Shown in pieces: positions 10,012 to 20,882 of a DNA stretch of 64,000 bases. The DNA is taken from positions 2,165 to 66,164 of the forward strand of contig JAYEHQ010000076.1 of assembly GCA_034659595.1 (NCBI GenBank), read 5' to 3'. A model generated the notes under the pieces. The model worked only from the letters and a program-made list of their open reading frames with translations, was not told the origin of the DNA and searched no databases. Each line of letters starts with the position of its first letter. Position 1 is the stretch's first letter. The position numbers and the translations under genes are program-made. The DNA is from Campylobacterota bacterium (GTDB taxonomy: Bacteria; Campylobacterota; Campylobacteria; Campylobacterales; Sulfurimonadaceae).

Positions 10012-11559
10012 GTGATAATGATAGAGAGATTTTACCTAAAAGATTATTTAAGTTTTAAAAATATTGAATTAAATTTAGAATCAGGTCTTGTAGTTTTTAC
10101 AGGTCCAAGTGGTAGCGGTAAATCTCTTTTAATGAATGCTATCCTTGCTTCTATCGGTATAGGAAGCTGTGATGCTTCTATATGTGAATCTAATGTTACA
10201 TGGGATTTGCTTTCTAGTGATTTAGGGATAGAAAATGAAGATATAAATATTTTTAAACAGATAAAAAAAGAGAAAGTAAGATACTTTATAAATAATCAAA
10301 GTATCTCTAAAAAAACAATATCAAAATTATCATCATTACACTTAAGACATTTAAGTTTAAAAGATTTTAGTGATTTTGAAAATTCAAATTTATTATCTAT
10401 ATTAGATGCTAGAATTGAAAATAAAAATAAAAATATTTTTAAAATAAAAGATAATTATAAAGAGTTATTTCAAGAATTTAAAGAGTTAAAAAATGAACTT
10501 TTAAAGATTCAGGAAGAGGAAAAAAAGATAGTAGAATTGAAAGAATTTGCTACTTTTGAGATTAAGAAGATTGAAAATATTTCACCTAGAATTTCTGAAG
10601 ATGAAGAACTTTTAGAGATTAAAAAAGAGTTGTCAAAAAAAGAAAAGGTTACAGAAAAAATATCTGTTGCATCTTCTATCTTTGAAAATGAATATCATGT
10701 ATTTGAAGCTTTAAATTCTCTTGATATTGATAGTTCATTTTTTGATGACGCTATGAATAATTTAAGAGTTATTTTAGATAATGCATCTGAGAGGTTTAAT
10801 GCACTTGAAGAAGTAGATATTGAAGAGGTATTGAATCGTTTAGAAGAGCTTAGTGAACTCAAGCGAAGATATGGAAGTATAGAGGAAGCTATTGAGTATA
10901 AAGAGAAGAAAATAGAAGAGTTACTTAGATATGAAAATATAGAAATAAACAGAAATGATTTAGAACAAAGATATAATGAAGTAGAGATAAAAGTAAATAA
11001 TTTAGCAAAAAAGATGACTAAACTTCGTAATAGTGAATTAAAATCATTTAATAGTGATTTGAATAAATATTTAAGAGAATTATATTTAAGAGATGCTAGT
11101 GTTATGTTAGTAAAAGATAAGTTAACTATAGATGGTGGGGATGAAATATTAATAGAACTTAGCCAAACAGCATTACATAAAGTAAGTACTGGTGAATTTA
11201 ATAGACTTAGACTTGCAATTTTAGCATTAAAATCAGAGTTTATGAATAAAAATGGTGGGGTTTTGATGCTTGATGAGATAGATGCAAATCTTAGTGGAGA
11301 AGAGTCTATGAGTGTAGCTCGTGTGCTAAAACAACTTGCTAATAATTTTCAAATATTTGTTATATCTCATCAGCCACAATTGACATCTACAGCGAATCAA
11401 CATTTTTTAATTTCTAAAAAAAATGATTTATCATCTGTACAAGAGCTTAGTTTTAGTGAAAGAGTAGATGAAATAGCTAGAATTATAAGTGGTGAAAATA
11501 TTTCAAATGAAGCTAAAAAGTTTGCAAAAGAGTTACTGGAGGTTAATAGATGTGCTTAG
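10012..11559 (+). CDS. recN: DNA repair protein RecN
   Basis: Walker A GPSGSGKS, coiled coil, STGE signature, LDEIDANLSG, ISHQPQ; follows nadK. Confidence 0.88.
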   Translation: MIMIERFYLKDYLSFKNIELNLESGLVVFTGPSGSGKSLLMNAILASIGIGSCDASICESNVTWDLLSSDLGIENEDINIFKQIKKEKVRYFINNQSISKKTISKLSSLHLRHLSLKDFSDFENSNLLSILDARIENKNKNIFKIKDNYKELFQEFKELKNELLKIQEEEKKIVELKEFATFEIKKIENISPRISEDEELLEIKKELSKKEKVTEKISVASSIFENEYHVFEALNSLDIDSSFFDDAMNNLRVILDNASERFNALEEVDIEEVLNRLEELSELKRRYGSIEEAIEYKEKKIEELLRYENIEINRNDLEQRYNEVEIKVNNLAKKMTKLRNSELKSFNSDLNKYLRELYLRDASVMLVKDKLTIDGGDEILIELSQTALHKVSTGEFNRLRLAILALKSEFMNKNGGVLMLDEIDANLSGEESMSVARVLKQLANNFQIFVISHQPQLTSTANQHFLISKKNDLSSVQELSFSERVDEIARIISGENISNEAKKFAKELLEVNRCA

Positions 11560-11729
11560 TAGTAACTGCTATTATGCTAATAATGAGTTTTAATTTTTAT
11601 TTTGCTGGTAATATACTTGCATCAGTAGGTTCATTTTTAATAGCAATATTTTTTATATGGCTAATATTTAAAAATATACAAAGAGTTAAGAAAATAAAAA
11701 AAGAAAGAGATATTAATAATGATAATTGA
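11550..11729 (+). CDS. Small membrane protein, 59 aa, not in the ORF track
   Basis: GGAGG SD at 11538-11542; MCLVVTAIMLIMSFNFYFAGNILASVGSFLIAIFFIWLIFKNIQRVKKIKKERDINNDN; overlaps the recN stop and tatD start. Confidence 0.7.
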   Translation: MCLVVTAIMLIMSFNFYFAGNILASVGSFLIAIFFIWLIFKNIQRVKKIKKERDINNDN

Positions 11730-12504
11730 TACACATATACATTTAGACGATAAAAGATATGATGAAGATTTGGAAGATGTTTTAAATAGAGCAAGAGATG
11801 CTGGTGTAAAAAGGTTTATAATCCCTGGAGCAGATCCATCTACACTTGATAGGGCGGTGGAGATAAGTCAAAAATATGAAGATGTATATTTTGCAGTTGG
11901 TATTCATCCTTATGATGCTACTAATTTTGAAAAATTAAACTTTGAAAAATATATAAATCATAAAAAATGTATAGCTGTTGGAGAGTGTGGGCTTGATTAT
12001 TTTAGATTAGAGGGTAGTGATGAAGATAAAGAGAAGGAAAAACAACTTCAAAAAGAAGTTTTTATATCTCAAATAAATATAGCTAAAAAGTATAAAAAAC
12101 CATTGATAGTGCATATAAGAGATGCATCTTTAGATTCAAAAAAAATACTTATAGATTATGAAGCAAAAGAGGTTGGTGGAGTTTTACATTGTTTTAATGC
12201 GGATGAGCAACTTTTATCTTTAGCTAATGATGGTTTTTATTTTGGTATAGGTGGGGTTTTGACATTTAAAAATGCTAAAAAGCTTATAAATGTATTGCCA
12301 AAGATACCAAAAGAGAAGCTCATTATAGAAACAGATGGTCCATACTTAACCCCAATGCCTCATCGTGGAAAGAGGAATGAACCCTCTTACACTATATTAA
12401 TAGCACAAAAAATGGCAGAAATTTTAGATAAGCCATTAGAAGAAATAAAAATTATTACTACAAAAAATGCTACGAATCTATTTAAAGATTTATATGAAAA
12501 TTAA
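11719..12504 (+). CDS. tatD: TatD family hydrolase
   Basis: DTHIH, GIHP, GECGLDY, HIRDA, LHCF, ETDGPY. Confidence 0.93.
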   Translation: MIIDTHIHLDDKRYDEDLEDVLNRARDAGVKRFIIPGADPSTLDRAVEISQKYEDVYFAVGIHPYDATNFEKLNFEKYINHKKCIAVGECGLDYFRLEGSDEDKEKEKQLQKEVFISQINIAKKYKKPLIVHIRDASLDSKKILIDYEAKEVGGVLHCFNADEQLLSLANDGFYFGIGGVLTFKNAKKLINVLPKIPKEKLIIETDGPYLTPMPHRGKRNEPSYTILIAQKMAEILDKPLEEIKIITTKNATNLFKDLYEN

Positions 12505-12557
12505 TCTTTATTTAGGTAAAATCTATCTTTAAAAATTAAAATTTAGAGGCACTATTA

Positions 12558-13784
12558 TTGAAATATTTTTTGTTACTATTATTACCAATAATATTAAGTG
12601 CCAATCTTACTTATACTTTAAACCATAATAAAGAACTCTCTTTATTAGAGTCATTTGATATAAAACCATCTTTCCTCTATGACCCTATAATGAATAATAT
12701 GAGAAATATAAATAATACTCTTTATGAAGACAAGCTTTTTTTTAAAGCTATGAATGAAGCATATATATTTATACCAGCTATAAAAAATATATTGACACAA
12801 TATAATATCCCTCAAGAATTTTTATATCTTGCTATGGCTGAGTCAAATTTTAATACAAAAGCTTATTCATCAAAAAGTGCATCTGGACTTTGGCAGTTTA
12901 TGCCTCGTACAGGAAAGCTTTTTGGTTTAAAAATAGATGAATATGTGGATGAAAGACGAGATTTAGTAAAATCAACTAAAGCAGCTTCTAAGTATTTATC
13001 TTCTTTACATAAAAGATTTGGCAAATGGTACTTAGCTGCTATTGCATATAATTGTGGTGGTGGAAGATTAAATAGTGCTATAAGAAAAGCTGGTACAGAT
13101 GAATTGTCGGTACTACTTGATCCCCAAAAAAAATATCTGCCTAAAGAGAGTAGATTTTATATAAGAAAAATTGTAGCATTAGCATTAATTGGAAATGATG
13201 AACAATTTTTACTTAAAAGTGAATATGAGCATCTTTTAAATCGTGCTAATGCGTATTCAGTTGCAACAGTAAAAATTTCTAGTGGTGAATCTTTGAAAAG
13301 AATTTCTAATATTATAAATATGCCATTGGATGATTTAAAAAGATTAAATAGACATTTGAAATATGATTTTGTTCCACCATATAATGGAAAATACGATTTG
13401 TATATACCGTATATAAAGTTATCAGAATTTAAACAAAATTATAAAAATGAATTAATTAAAAATATTTATAAAGTTCATGTAGTAACAAATGGTGATAATC
13501 TTTGGGATATTGGTCGAAAATATGGAGTTCCTTATAAAGTTATTATTGGCTTCAATCATTTGAATAATGCTAGATTAAGATTAAAGCAAAAATTAGTTAT
13601 CCCAATTGATAAAGATAAAAAGATAAAAATGATTGATACGAGTTCTTATTATTTAGTAAAAGATGGTGATTCCCTTGGTTCTATATCTCAAGCGTATAAG
13701 GTGAGTGTAAAAATGATAAAATCATATAATAATTTAAAAGGAAGCCTAATAAGAATAGGTGATAGGTTAAAACTTTATGAGTAA
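12558..13784 (+). CDS. mltD: MltD-like lytic transglycosylase with two LysM domains
   Basis: Signal peptide; [19 protein letters not shown] motifs; two LysM repeats. Confidence 0.9.
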   Translation: MKYFLLLLLPIILSANLTYTLNHNKELSLLESFDIKPSFLYDPIMNNMRNINNTLYEDKLFFKAMNEAYIFIPAIKNILTQYNIPQEFLYLAMAESNFNTKAYSSKSASGLWQFMPRTGKLFGLKIDEYVDERRDLVKSTKAASKYLSSLHKRFGKWYLAAIAYNCGGGRLNSAIRKAGTDELSVLLDPQKKYLPKESRFYIRKIVALALIGNDEQFLLKSEYEHLLNRANAYSVATVKISSGESLKRISNIINMPLDDLKRLNRHLKYDFVPPYNGKYDLYIPYIKLSEFKQNYKNELIKNIYKVHVVTNGDNLWDIGRKYGVPYKVIIGFNHLNNARLRLKQKLVIPIDKDKKIKMIDTSSYYLVKDGDSLGSISQAYKVSVKMIKSYNNLKGSLIRIGDRLKLYE

Positions 13785-14610
13785 TTTATATATATACATT
13801 TCAATAGTTATGGCATTGATTTTTTCAGGGTGTGCTAGTTCTTCTAGCCCTTATCGGGATTACTCTTATTCAAAACCAAGAACGATATATACAAAATCAA
13901 CTGTATATTCTGCAAAAAAAAGTCAGCACAGTCCTGTAATGGATTCAAAAACATATTCGCATCCAACAATGAGACCTTATGTTATTCGTGGAATAAAATA
14001 TTATCCAACTACAGTGAGTGTTGGAGATGAATTTAGTGGAAATGCAAGTTGGTATGGACCAGCTTTTCATGGAAAATTAACTTCTAATGGTGAAAAGTAC
14101 AATATGTATGATATGACAGCTGCTCATAAAACATTACCTATGAATACTATTGTAAAAGTAACAAATCGTCGTAATGGTTTATCTACAGTTGTTCGTGTTA
14201 ATGATAGAGGTCCATTTATAGCTACTAGAATTATAGATCTTTCAAAAACTGCTGCAAGTCAGATAGATATGATTGGAGCTGGAACTGCTCCAGTTCAGTT
14301 AGAAGTACTGGGTTTTCATAAAAGTGGTCGAAAAAATATACCAACAAAACAAGAGCTAAAGAGAAATATACAAAAGAAATCAATTGGTTTTTTTGCTCTT
14401 CAAATAGCGTCTTTTTCAAATATAAAAGGTGCTATAAAAACTCAAGAGAGATATAATGGGACGGATGGTTATAAAACAATGATAAAAGATGTAAATATTG
14501 GAAATAAAAGATTATTTAAAGTGCTTTTAACAGGATTTAAAAGTCAGCAAGAAGCAAGAGATTACAAAGCTACTTGTAAATTTAATAATTCTTTCATAGT
14601 AGGGGAATAA
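13777..14610 (+). CDS. rlpA: Septal ring lytic transglycosylase RlpA lipoprotein with SPOR domain
   Basis: Lipobox FSGC; [25 protein letters not shown]. Confidence 0.93.
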   Translation: MSNLYIYISIVMALIFSGCASSSSPYRDYSYSKPRTIYTKSTVYSAKKSQHSPVMDSKTYSHPTMRPYVIRGIKYYPTTVSVGDEFSGNASWYGPAFHGKLTSNGEKYNMYDMTAAHKTLPMNTIVKVTNRRNGLSTVVRVNDRGPFIATRIIDLSKTAASQIDMIGAGTAPVQLEVLGFHKSGRKNIPTKQELKRNIQKKSIGFFALQIASFSNIKGAIKTQERYNGTDGYKTMIKDVNIGNKRLFKVLLTGFKSQQEARDYKATCKFNNSFIVGE

Positions 14611-14611
14611 A

Positions 14612-15184
14612 ATGGTTACAAAATCAAGAAAAACAAAAGAAACAGATATAACAATATCATTAGACTTAAATGGTAGTGGTAAAAGTAATATAGAGAGTGG
14701 AGTTGGATTTTTAGACCATATGCTTGAAAGTTTCTCTAAACATTCATTAATTGATTTAGATATAAAATGTAAAGGTGATACTTATATTGATGATCATCAT
14801 AGTGTTGAAGATATAGGCATAGTTCTTGGTTCATTAGTTGCTGAAACTTTATATCCAGTCAAAAATATGGAGCGTTTTGGTAGTGCAAATATTGTTATGG
14901 ATGAAGCATGTGTAAGTTGCGATATTGATTTAAGTAATAGACCTTTTTTAGTTTATGAGATGCAATTAAATGAAAAAGTTGGGAATTTTGATACAGAACT
15001 AGTGGAAGAATTTTTTAGAGCATTTGTCTTAAATGCTAGAATAACAACACATATAGTTCAGCTTCGTGGGAAAAACACACATCATATAATAGAAGCATCA
15101 TTTAAAGCACTTGCAGTAGCTATTAGAAGGGCTACAACGAAGAATGAACGAGTTGGTATTCCAAGCACTAAAGATGTCTTATGA
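14612..15184 (+). CDS. hisB: Imidazoleglycerol-phosphate dehydratase
   Basis: RKTKET, FLDHML, DDHHSVED, NTHHIIEA. Confidence 0.96.
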   Translation: MVTKSRKTKETDITISLDLNGSGKSNIESGVGFLDHMLESFSKHSLIDLDIKCKGDTYIDDHHSVEDIGIVLGSLVAETLYPVKNMERFGSANIVMDEACVSCDIDLSNRPFLVYEMQLNEKVGNFDTELVEEFFRAFVLNARITTHIVQLRGKNTHHIIEASFKALAVAIRRATTKNERVGIPSTKDVL

Positions 15185-15675
15185 TTAAGTTATTGATTTT
15201 AGATGTCGATGGTTGTCTTACAGATGGTAAACTGATATATTCAGCTGATGCAATAGAGAGTAAAAGTTTTAATGTAAAAGATGGTTTAGGTATAGTTACT
15301 TGGAATAAACTTGGTAATCATACTGCTATAATTACTGGTAAAAAATCTGCTATGGTGTTGAAACGCTCACAAGAGTTAGGTATTAAGCATCTTTATCAAG
15401 GGATAAAAGATAAAGATAGAGTATTAAAAGAGATAGTAAGCTCTTTAGGCATAGATTTTAGTGAAGTTGCTGTGATTGGTGATGATTTGAATGATTATGG
15501 TATGTTAAGTCTTGTAGAAGAGAGTTTTACACCTAAAAATGGAGTTAAAGAGATAAAAAATATTGTAAAAACAGTATTATCTTTTAATGGTGGTGATGGT
15601 GCAGTTCGTGAGATGATTGATATTTTAGTAGATAAAAATTCTCAAAGAGAACAATTTATGGCAAAATGGGTATAA
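15181..15675 (+). CDS. kdsC: KDO 8-phosphate phosphatase
   Basis: DVDGCLTDG, FNVKDG, GDDLND, GGDGAVRE. Confidence 0.92.
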   Translation: MIKLLILDVDGCLTDGKLIYSADAIESKSFNVKDGLGIVTWNKLGNHTAIITGKKSAMVLKRSQELGIKHLYQGIKDKDRVLKEIVSSLGIDFSEVAVIGDDLNDYGMLSLVEESFTPKNGVKEIKNIVKTVLSFNGGDGAVREMIDILVDKNSQREQFMAKWV

Positions 15676-15683
15676 ATATATAG

Positions 15684-16199
15684 ATGAATATCAATATTTT
15701 TTTTAGCTTTCTTTTCGTAGGGTTGATGGGTATTTTTTTATTTTTTAAACCTATGAATATTAAAAATAATCATCATGGAGAGATTGCTAATTTTGAAGTA
15801 TATTCATTTGTTATACATGAATTAGATACTAAAGGTTTAACCACTGTTTTGCAAGGTTCGAAAGCTTTTATGTATAAAGATAGATATGTAATAAATGATG
15901 TAGATTATAAAGATTCCTCAAGAAAATATATATCAAATATAAAAGCTAAAACAGGAACTTATAAAGACAAAGTCATAGATTTAGTAGGAGATGTTGTATA
16001 TACTAGAGAAGATGGCTTGGTATTTAAGTCTAAAAGTTTTAAATATGATGAGAAGACAGGTATAGCACGAACTAATGATGATTATATCATGTATGATAAA
16101 GAGAATGAAGTGATTGGTAAATCACTAAGTGTAGATAATAATCTGAATAAAATTTATTCAAAAAATATAGTTGCAAAATATCAAATAAGAGAGAAATAA
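15684..16199 (+). CDS. lptC: LPS export protein LptC
   Basis: N-terminal TM helix plus beta-rich domain; sits between kdsC and lptA. Confidence 0.75.
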   Translation: MNINIFFSFLFVGLMGIFLFFKPMNIKNNHHGEIANFEVYSFVIHELDTKGLTTVLQGSKAFMYKDRYVINDVDYKDSSRKYISNIKAKTGTYKDKVIDLVGDVVYTREDGLVFKSKSFKYDEKTGIARTNDDYIMYDKENEVIGKSLSVDNNLNKIYSKNIVAKYQIREK

Positions 16200-16666
16200 T
16201 GAAATATTTAATAATTTTAATAACTTTAGCAATAACATTAGTGTCCCAAGAGCTTAAAATTAAAGCAAATGAATTTAGTTCTGATGAGAAAAAAGGTATT
16301 TCTACTTTTATAGGTGAGGTTAGTGTAGTTAGGGGGGATGATGAATTAAGTGCTTCCAAGGTTACAGTTTTTACAGATAAAGATCATCAACCAACAAAGT
16401 TTATAGCACTTGGAGATGTTTCATTTAAAATAACAACTCAAGAAGGTGCTAAATATAAAGGTAAAGCACAAAAAACAATTTATAATCCAATTAAAAAAGA
16501 GTATTATTTTTATCAAGATGTTTATTTAAAGCAAGTTGATAAAAAAAAAGAAATTATTGGTGATGAAGTTGTTTTGAAAACTATTGAAGGTAAGGCTTAT
16601 GCTAAAGGTGCTGAAAAAGAACCTGTAATTATGATATTTGATATAAAAGAAAAAGGTAAAGAATAA
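16199..16666 (+). CDS. lptA: LPS transport periplasmic protein LptA
   Basis: Signal peptide and OstA-like pattern (FIGEVSVVRGDDELSA); gene context. Confidence 0.85.
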   Translation: MKYLIILITLAITLVSQELKIKANEFSSDEKKGISTFIGEVSVVRGDDELSASKVTVFTDKDHQPTKFIALGDVSFKITTQEGAKYKGKAQKTIYNPIKKEYYFYQDVYLKQVDKKKEIIGDEVVLKTIEGKAYAKGAEKEPVIMIFDIKEKGKE

Positions 16667-17283
16667 TGGTAGAAATAGTTGAATCAAAGTTTATAACTTC
16701 CGCTCCAAATATTAACGAAGCACCAGAATCAGATGAATATAATGAAGTTGTTTTTATGGCTCGTTCAAATGTTGGGAAAAGCTCACTTTTAAATGCTTTA
16801 ACAAATCATAAAGGCTTAGCAAAAGTTTCATCTTCTCCCGGTAAGACAAGATTAATAAATTATTTTGATATTACTATGATAAATAGAGATGATTCTAACA
16901 AGTTTTTAGCAAAATTTGTTGATTTACCTGGATTTGGTTATGCAAAAGTTTCTAAGTCTATTAAAAGTGATTGGGAGAAAAATCTTACTGATTATATTTC
17001 TCAAAGAGATCAAATAAAAATATTTATCCATCTTATAGATTGTAGGCATCCTCATTTAGAGATTGATACATCTGTATCTGATTTTTTACTACAAACTTGT
17101 AATGAAAATCAACATATACTACAAATATTTACTAAAATAGATAAGTTAAACCAAAAAGAGCAAAATGCTTTGAGAAAAAAGTTTCCAAATGCTTTAATGG
17201 TATCGAGTTCTAAAAAGCGTGGTACACATAAAATCAATAAAATTATATATGATATTCTTAATGAAGATAGTAATGAAAATTGA
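16666..17283 (+). CDS. engB: Ribosome biogenesis GTPase YihA/EngB
   Basis: ARSNVGKSSLLN, PGKTRLIN, DLPGFG, TKID. Confidence 0.94.
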   Translation: MVEIVESKFITSAPNINEAPESDEYNEVVFMARSNVGKSSLLNALTNHKGLAKVSSSPGKTRLINYFDITMINRDDSNKFLAKFVDLPGFGYAKVSKSIKSDWEKNLTDYISQRDQIKIFIHLIDCRHPHLEIDTSVSDFLLQTCNENQHILQIFTKIDKLNQKEQNALRKKFPNALMVSSSKKRGTHKINKIIYDILNEDSNEN

Positions 17284-17734
17284 GTATATTAAAGCTACTT
17301 TAGGAGCTATAAAAGATATGCAATCATTAATAGCTCCAGAGGTTGCATCAGGTGTTATATTATCCAGAAGTGATGATGAATGTGCGACAAATATTCGTTC
17401 TTATTTATTGGCTTATAAAGAAAAAAAGTTAATTGGTTTTTGTGCTTTACATATACATACTCCATATTTAGCTGAGATTAGATCATTAATAGTAAAAGAG
17501 GAGATGCGTGGACAGAAGGTTGGTGAGAATTTAGTAAAAAAATCTCTTGAAGAAGCTAAAGCACTTAAACTCCAAAAAGTTCTTTGTTTAACATATCAAC
17601 AGTCATTTTTTGAAAAACTTGGTTTTTTTGAAATATCAAAAGAATCTTTGCCTGAACATAAAATTTGGGCAGATTGTATTAAATGTAAACACTTCCCAGT
17701 ATGCAACGAAGTCTCTCTAATCAAAAATCTTTAA
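17273..17734 (+). CDS. GNAT N-acetyltransferase, probable short N-acetylglutamate synthase
   Basis: AEIRSL, LTY...FFEKLGF, KIWADCIKCKHFPVCNE; start moved to MKIEY. Confidence 0.8.
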   Translation: MKIEYIKATLGAIKDMQSLIAPEVASGVILSRSDDECATNIRSYLLAYKEKKLIGFCALHIHTPYLAEIRSLIVKEEMRGQKVGENLVKKSLEEAKALKLQKVLCLTYQQSFFEKLGFFEISKESLPEHKIWADCIKCKHFPVCNEVSLIKNL

Positions 17735-18153
17735 AACCATTTTTATATGTTGCATTATTTGTAATATATATTGGTCTAAGTAGTATATATCTTTTTTTAC
17801 CACCACTCTTAGTTATTTTATATGTATTATTTACAGATGCAATTGATAAAGATGACACTGTATATATAGCTTTAGTTTCTTTTTGTTTAATAATTTTTGA
17901 GGTTGAAAAAAGTTACTTTCTTTTTAGTACAATTATTTATTTTACAATTATTTATAAGTTAGTGATTCCAAAATTAAAACAAGTTATTAGTTGTAAGTCT
18001 TGTATTGAATTTTTTACAGTATTAATTGTATATTTAGGGTTTTATCTATTTTGTTTGTTGTTTGCAAATGTATTTTTAGCTCCTATTCCTAGTATAAGTT
18101 ATTACATACTTTATTATATATTGATAGAGTTTTTTATAGTGAGTATCTTATGA
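17701..18153 (+). CDS. Integral membrane protein, MreD-like
   Basis: About five hydrophobic helices; overlaps the mrdA start. Confidence 0.6.
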   Translation: MQRSLSNQKSLKPFLYVALFVIYIGLSSIYLFLPPLLVILYVLFTDAIDKDDTVYIALVSFCLIIFEVEKSYFLFSTIIYFTIIYKLVIPKLKQVISCKSCIEFFTVLIVYLGFYLFCLLFANVFLAPIPSISYYILYYILIEFFIVSIL

Positions 18154-19946
18154 AAATAAAGTTTATAATAATAGTTTTTTCTTTAATATGGTTGGCACTT
18201 ATTACAAGAGTGTTTTTTTTAGCTGTTCAGTCAAATAGTTATTATGAAAAATTATCTCAAAATAATACTATTAAAAAACAAAATATAGCTCCAGTTAGAG
18301 GTGAAATTGTAGATAGAAATAATAAACCAATAGCTATTAATAAATTAGGTTTTAAAATTTTACTAAAACCACATTTACGCTCAAAAAAAAATATAGATAT
18401 ATTTGAAGATGAGATAAATAATTTAATTAAATTTTTTCCAAAATTAGATAAAAAGAAAATTATAAAAAATTATAAAAAAAGAGATTCTTATTATAATCAT
18501 GATTTTATAGATATAGTAAACTTTATATCATACACAGATATGATACCTGTTTATTCACGATTAAATTTAAGAAAAAATATACAAATAATACAATCCCCTA
18601 AAAGATTTTATCCTTATGGTGAAGTAGCTTCACATTTAATAGGATATGTAGCAAGAGCAAATAAGCAAGAGATTAAAAATGATAAGTTACTTAAATTAAT
18701 TGGATATACTGGAAAAGCAGGAGTTGAAAATTATTATAATTCCTATTTACAAGGAAAAGCAGGTTATAAAGAGATAAAAGTAAATGCTAATAATGAAGAG
18801 ATAGAGGAGCTTTCATATCAAAAAGCTATAGAGGATAGAAAATTAACATTAACTATAGATATAGAGTTACAAAAGTATATTTCTTCATTATTTGAAGGTA
18901 AGGCGGGTGCAGTTGTAGTAATGGATATAAATGGTTCAATTCTTTCAGCAAGTAGTTTTCCTGAATATGATATTAATACCTTTGTGACAGGAATATCATA
19001 TAAAATGTGGAATAAATTATCAAACTCTCTTGATAAGCCATTTACAAATAAAGTAGTTCATGGTTTATATCCACCTGGTTCAACTATAAAAATAGGACTT
19101 GGACTGATTTATATAACGACAGCATTAGATGAAAAGTATAATGTATATTGTACAGCGGAAATGCCACTTGGAAAAAGAGTTTTTAGGTGTTGGAAAAAAA
19201 AAGGTCATAGGCGTACAGATGTTGTAAAGGCTATAAGGGAAAGTTGTGATGATTATTTTTATAAAGGAAGTTTGCAAGTTGGTATAAAAATTATGAGTGA
19301 TGGACTTAAAAGGTATGGGTTTGGTAAGGAAACAGGTGTAGATTTACCAAATGAATTTTTTGGGACTGTACCATCGAGAAGATGGAAAAGAAAAAAATAT
19401 AACCGACCATGGTATATGGGGGAAACTGTAAATACATCTATAGGGCAGGGTGACTTTTTAGTAACACCATTACAAATAGCTCAGTTTACATCTTTAATGG
19501 CTACTGGTTATTTGCCAACACCCCATTTTGCTAAAAAAATAGGTTCTAAGGAATATATAGATAAATATAAAACTGTATTCAATAAAGATGAACTAGAAAA
19601 ATTACCAATTATACAAAAGGCAATGAGGCAAGTTTGTAATTATCCAAGTGGAACAGCTACAAATTATTTAAGATTAAATTCAAAGATTAAAATAGCTGGA
19701 AAGACAGGTACAGCACAAGTAGTTGGTATTTTACAAAATATTGAGGAGAGACAATTAGAACATGAGATGGCTTATTATAGTCGTTCCCATGCATGGTTTA
19801 CTACATATGGACCATCTAAAAATCCTAAGTATGTAGTTTTAGCAATGGTTGAACACGGTGGACATGGTGGACAAGCTGCTGGTGCTATAGTATCTAAAAT
19901 ATATAATAAGTTATATGAGCTTAAATATTTTAAGACTAATGACTAA
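18150..19946 (+). CDS. mrdA: Penicillin-binding protein 2
   Basis: RGEIVDRN, STIK (SxxK), SCD (SxD variant), KTGTAQ, EHGGHGG. Confidence 0.95.
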   Translation: MKIKFIIIVFSLIWLALITRVFFLAVQSNSYYEKLSQNNTIKKQNIAPVRGEIVDRNNKPIAINKLGFKILLKPHLRSKKNIDIFEDEINNLIKFFPKLDKKKIIKNYKKRDSYYNHDFIDIVNFISYTDMIPVYSRLNLRKNIQIIQSPKRFYPYGEVASHLIGYVARANKQEIKNDKLLKLIGYTGKAGVENYYNSYLQGKAGYKEIKVNANNEEIEELSYQKAIEDRKLTLTIDIELQKYISSLFEGKAGAVVVMDINGSILSASSFPEYDINTFVTGISYKMWNKLSNSLDKPFTNKVVHGLYPPGSTIKIGLGLIYITTALDEKYNVYCTAEMPLGKRVFRCWKKKGHRRTDVVKAIRESCDDYFYKGSLQVGIKIMSDGLKRYGFGKETGVDLPNEFFGTVPSRRWKRKKYNRPWYMGETVNTSIGQGDFLVTPLQIAQFTSLMATGYLPTPHFAKKIGSKEYIDKYKTVFNKDELEKLPIIQKAMRQVCNYPSGTATNYLRLNSKIKIAGKTGTAQVVGILQNIEERQLEHEMAYYSRSHAWFTTYGPSKNPKYVVLAMVEHGGHGGQAAGAIVSKIYNKLYELKYFKTND

Positions 19947-19971
19947 TGTTACGCACTATAATGAGCAAGCT
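19942..19971 (-). repeat. Truncated copy of the two-hairpin repeat element
   Basis: TTACGCACTATAATGAGCAAGCT: flank matches copy A (TTACGCACTA); arm and loop match copy B (ATAATGAGCGAAGC); the right arm is missing. Confidence 0.55.
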
Positions 19972-20009
19972 TTTTAAGAAAATAAGTATCTTTCATGTTA
20001 ATAATGTTT

Positions 20010-20018
20010 TGATATAAT
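20010..20018 (+). promoter_or_regulatory. Extended -10 promoter for nadE
   Basis: TGATATAAT, 36 nt before the ATG. Confidence 0.55.
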
Positions 20019-20054
20019 CATTTTATTGAAGAAATTTTAAAGGTTTAGAAATAT

Positions 20055-20861
20055 ATGAGTAAATATGGGCAAATAACAGAGTATTTGCAATACTTTTTAG
20101 AAGATGAAGTTAAAAAAACTGGAATTACAAATGTAGTTGTTGGTTTGAGTGGTGGGCTTGATTCTGCTGTTGTTGCGGTAATCGCTCAAAAAGTTTTTCA
20201 AGATGATTTACTATGTGTGAAGATGCCATCACAATACTCATCACAAAGTTCACTTGATGATGCTGATGAGTTATGTAAAGATTTTAATATAAAATCTATT
20301 ACAGCGTCTATAGAGCCAATGTTAAAAGCGTATGAAGAGTTAAATCCAAATATGGATAATCTTAGAAAAGGTAATTTTTCATCTCGTATGAGGATGTCAA
20401 CATTGTTTGATGTATCTGCTCGTGAAAATGCTTTAGTTTTGGGTACAAGTAATAAGAGTGAACTTATGCTCGGATATGGAACACTTTATGGTGATTTGGC
20501 ATCAGCTGTGAATCCTATAGGCGATTTATATAAAAGTGAAGTATTTGAATTTGCAGAATATCTTGGAGTTACTAAAAGTATTATTAAAAAACCACCATCA
20601 GCTGATTTGTGGGATGGACAAAGTGATGAAGCAGACTTGGGTTATACTTATGCACAATTAGATGAAGCAATGAAGCTGTATGTTGAAGATAGATTAACAA
20701 GAGATGAGATAGTTGCTAAGGGTATAGATGCTAAGATGTTAGATATGATAATAAAAAGAATTTTTCGTAACCATTTTAAAAGAAAAATGCCAGTAATAGC
20801 AAAGTTGACATCAAGGACAGTTAATCATGATTTTAATTATCCTCGTGATATAACTTTATAG
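20055..20861 (+). CDS. nadE: NH3-dependent NAD synthetase
   Basis: GLSGGLDSA, GTSNKSE, GYGTLYGD, PPSADLW. Confidence 0.96.
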   Translation: MSKYGQITEYLQYFLEDEVKKTGITNVVVGLSGGLDSAVVAVIAQKVFQDDLLCVKMPSQYSSQSSLDDADELCKDFNIKSITASIEPMLKAYEELNPNMDNLRKGNFSSRMRMSTLFDVSARENALVLGTSNKSELMLGYGTLYGDLASAVNPIGDLYKSEVFEFAEYLGVTKSIIKKPPSADLWDGQSDEADLGYTYAQLDEAMKLYVEDRLTRDEIVAKGIDAKMLDMIIKRIFRNHFKRKMPVIAKLTSRTVNHDFNYPRDITL

Positions 20862-20882
20862 TAGAAAATTAGGGAGATTATT

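Noticed and set aside
16332-16549. G6 and A9 runs in lptA as phase-variation tracts
   Set aside because: Short, in frame, in an essential gene, and expected in AT-rich DNA.
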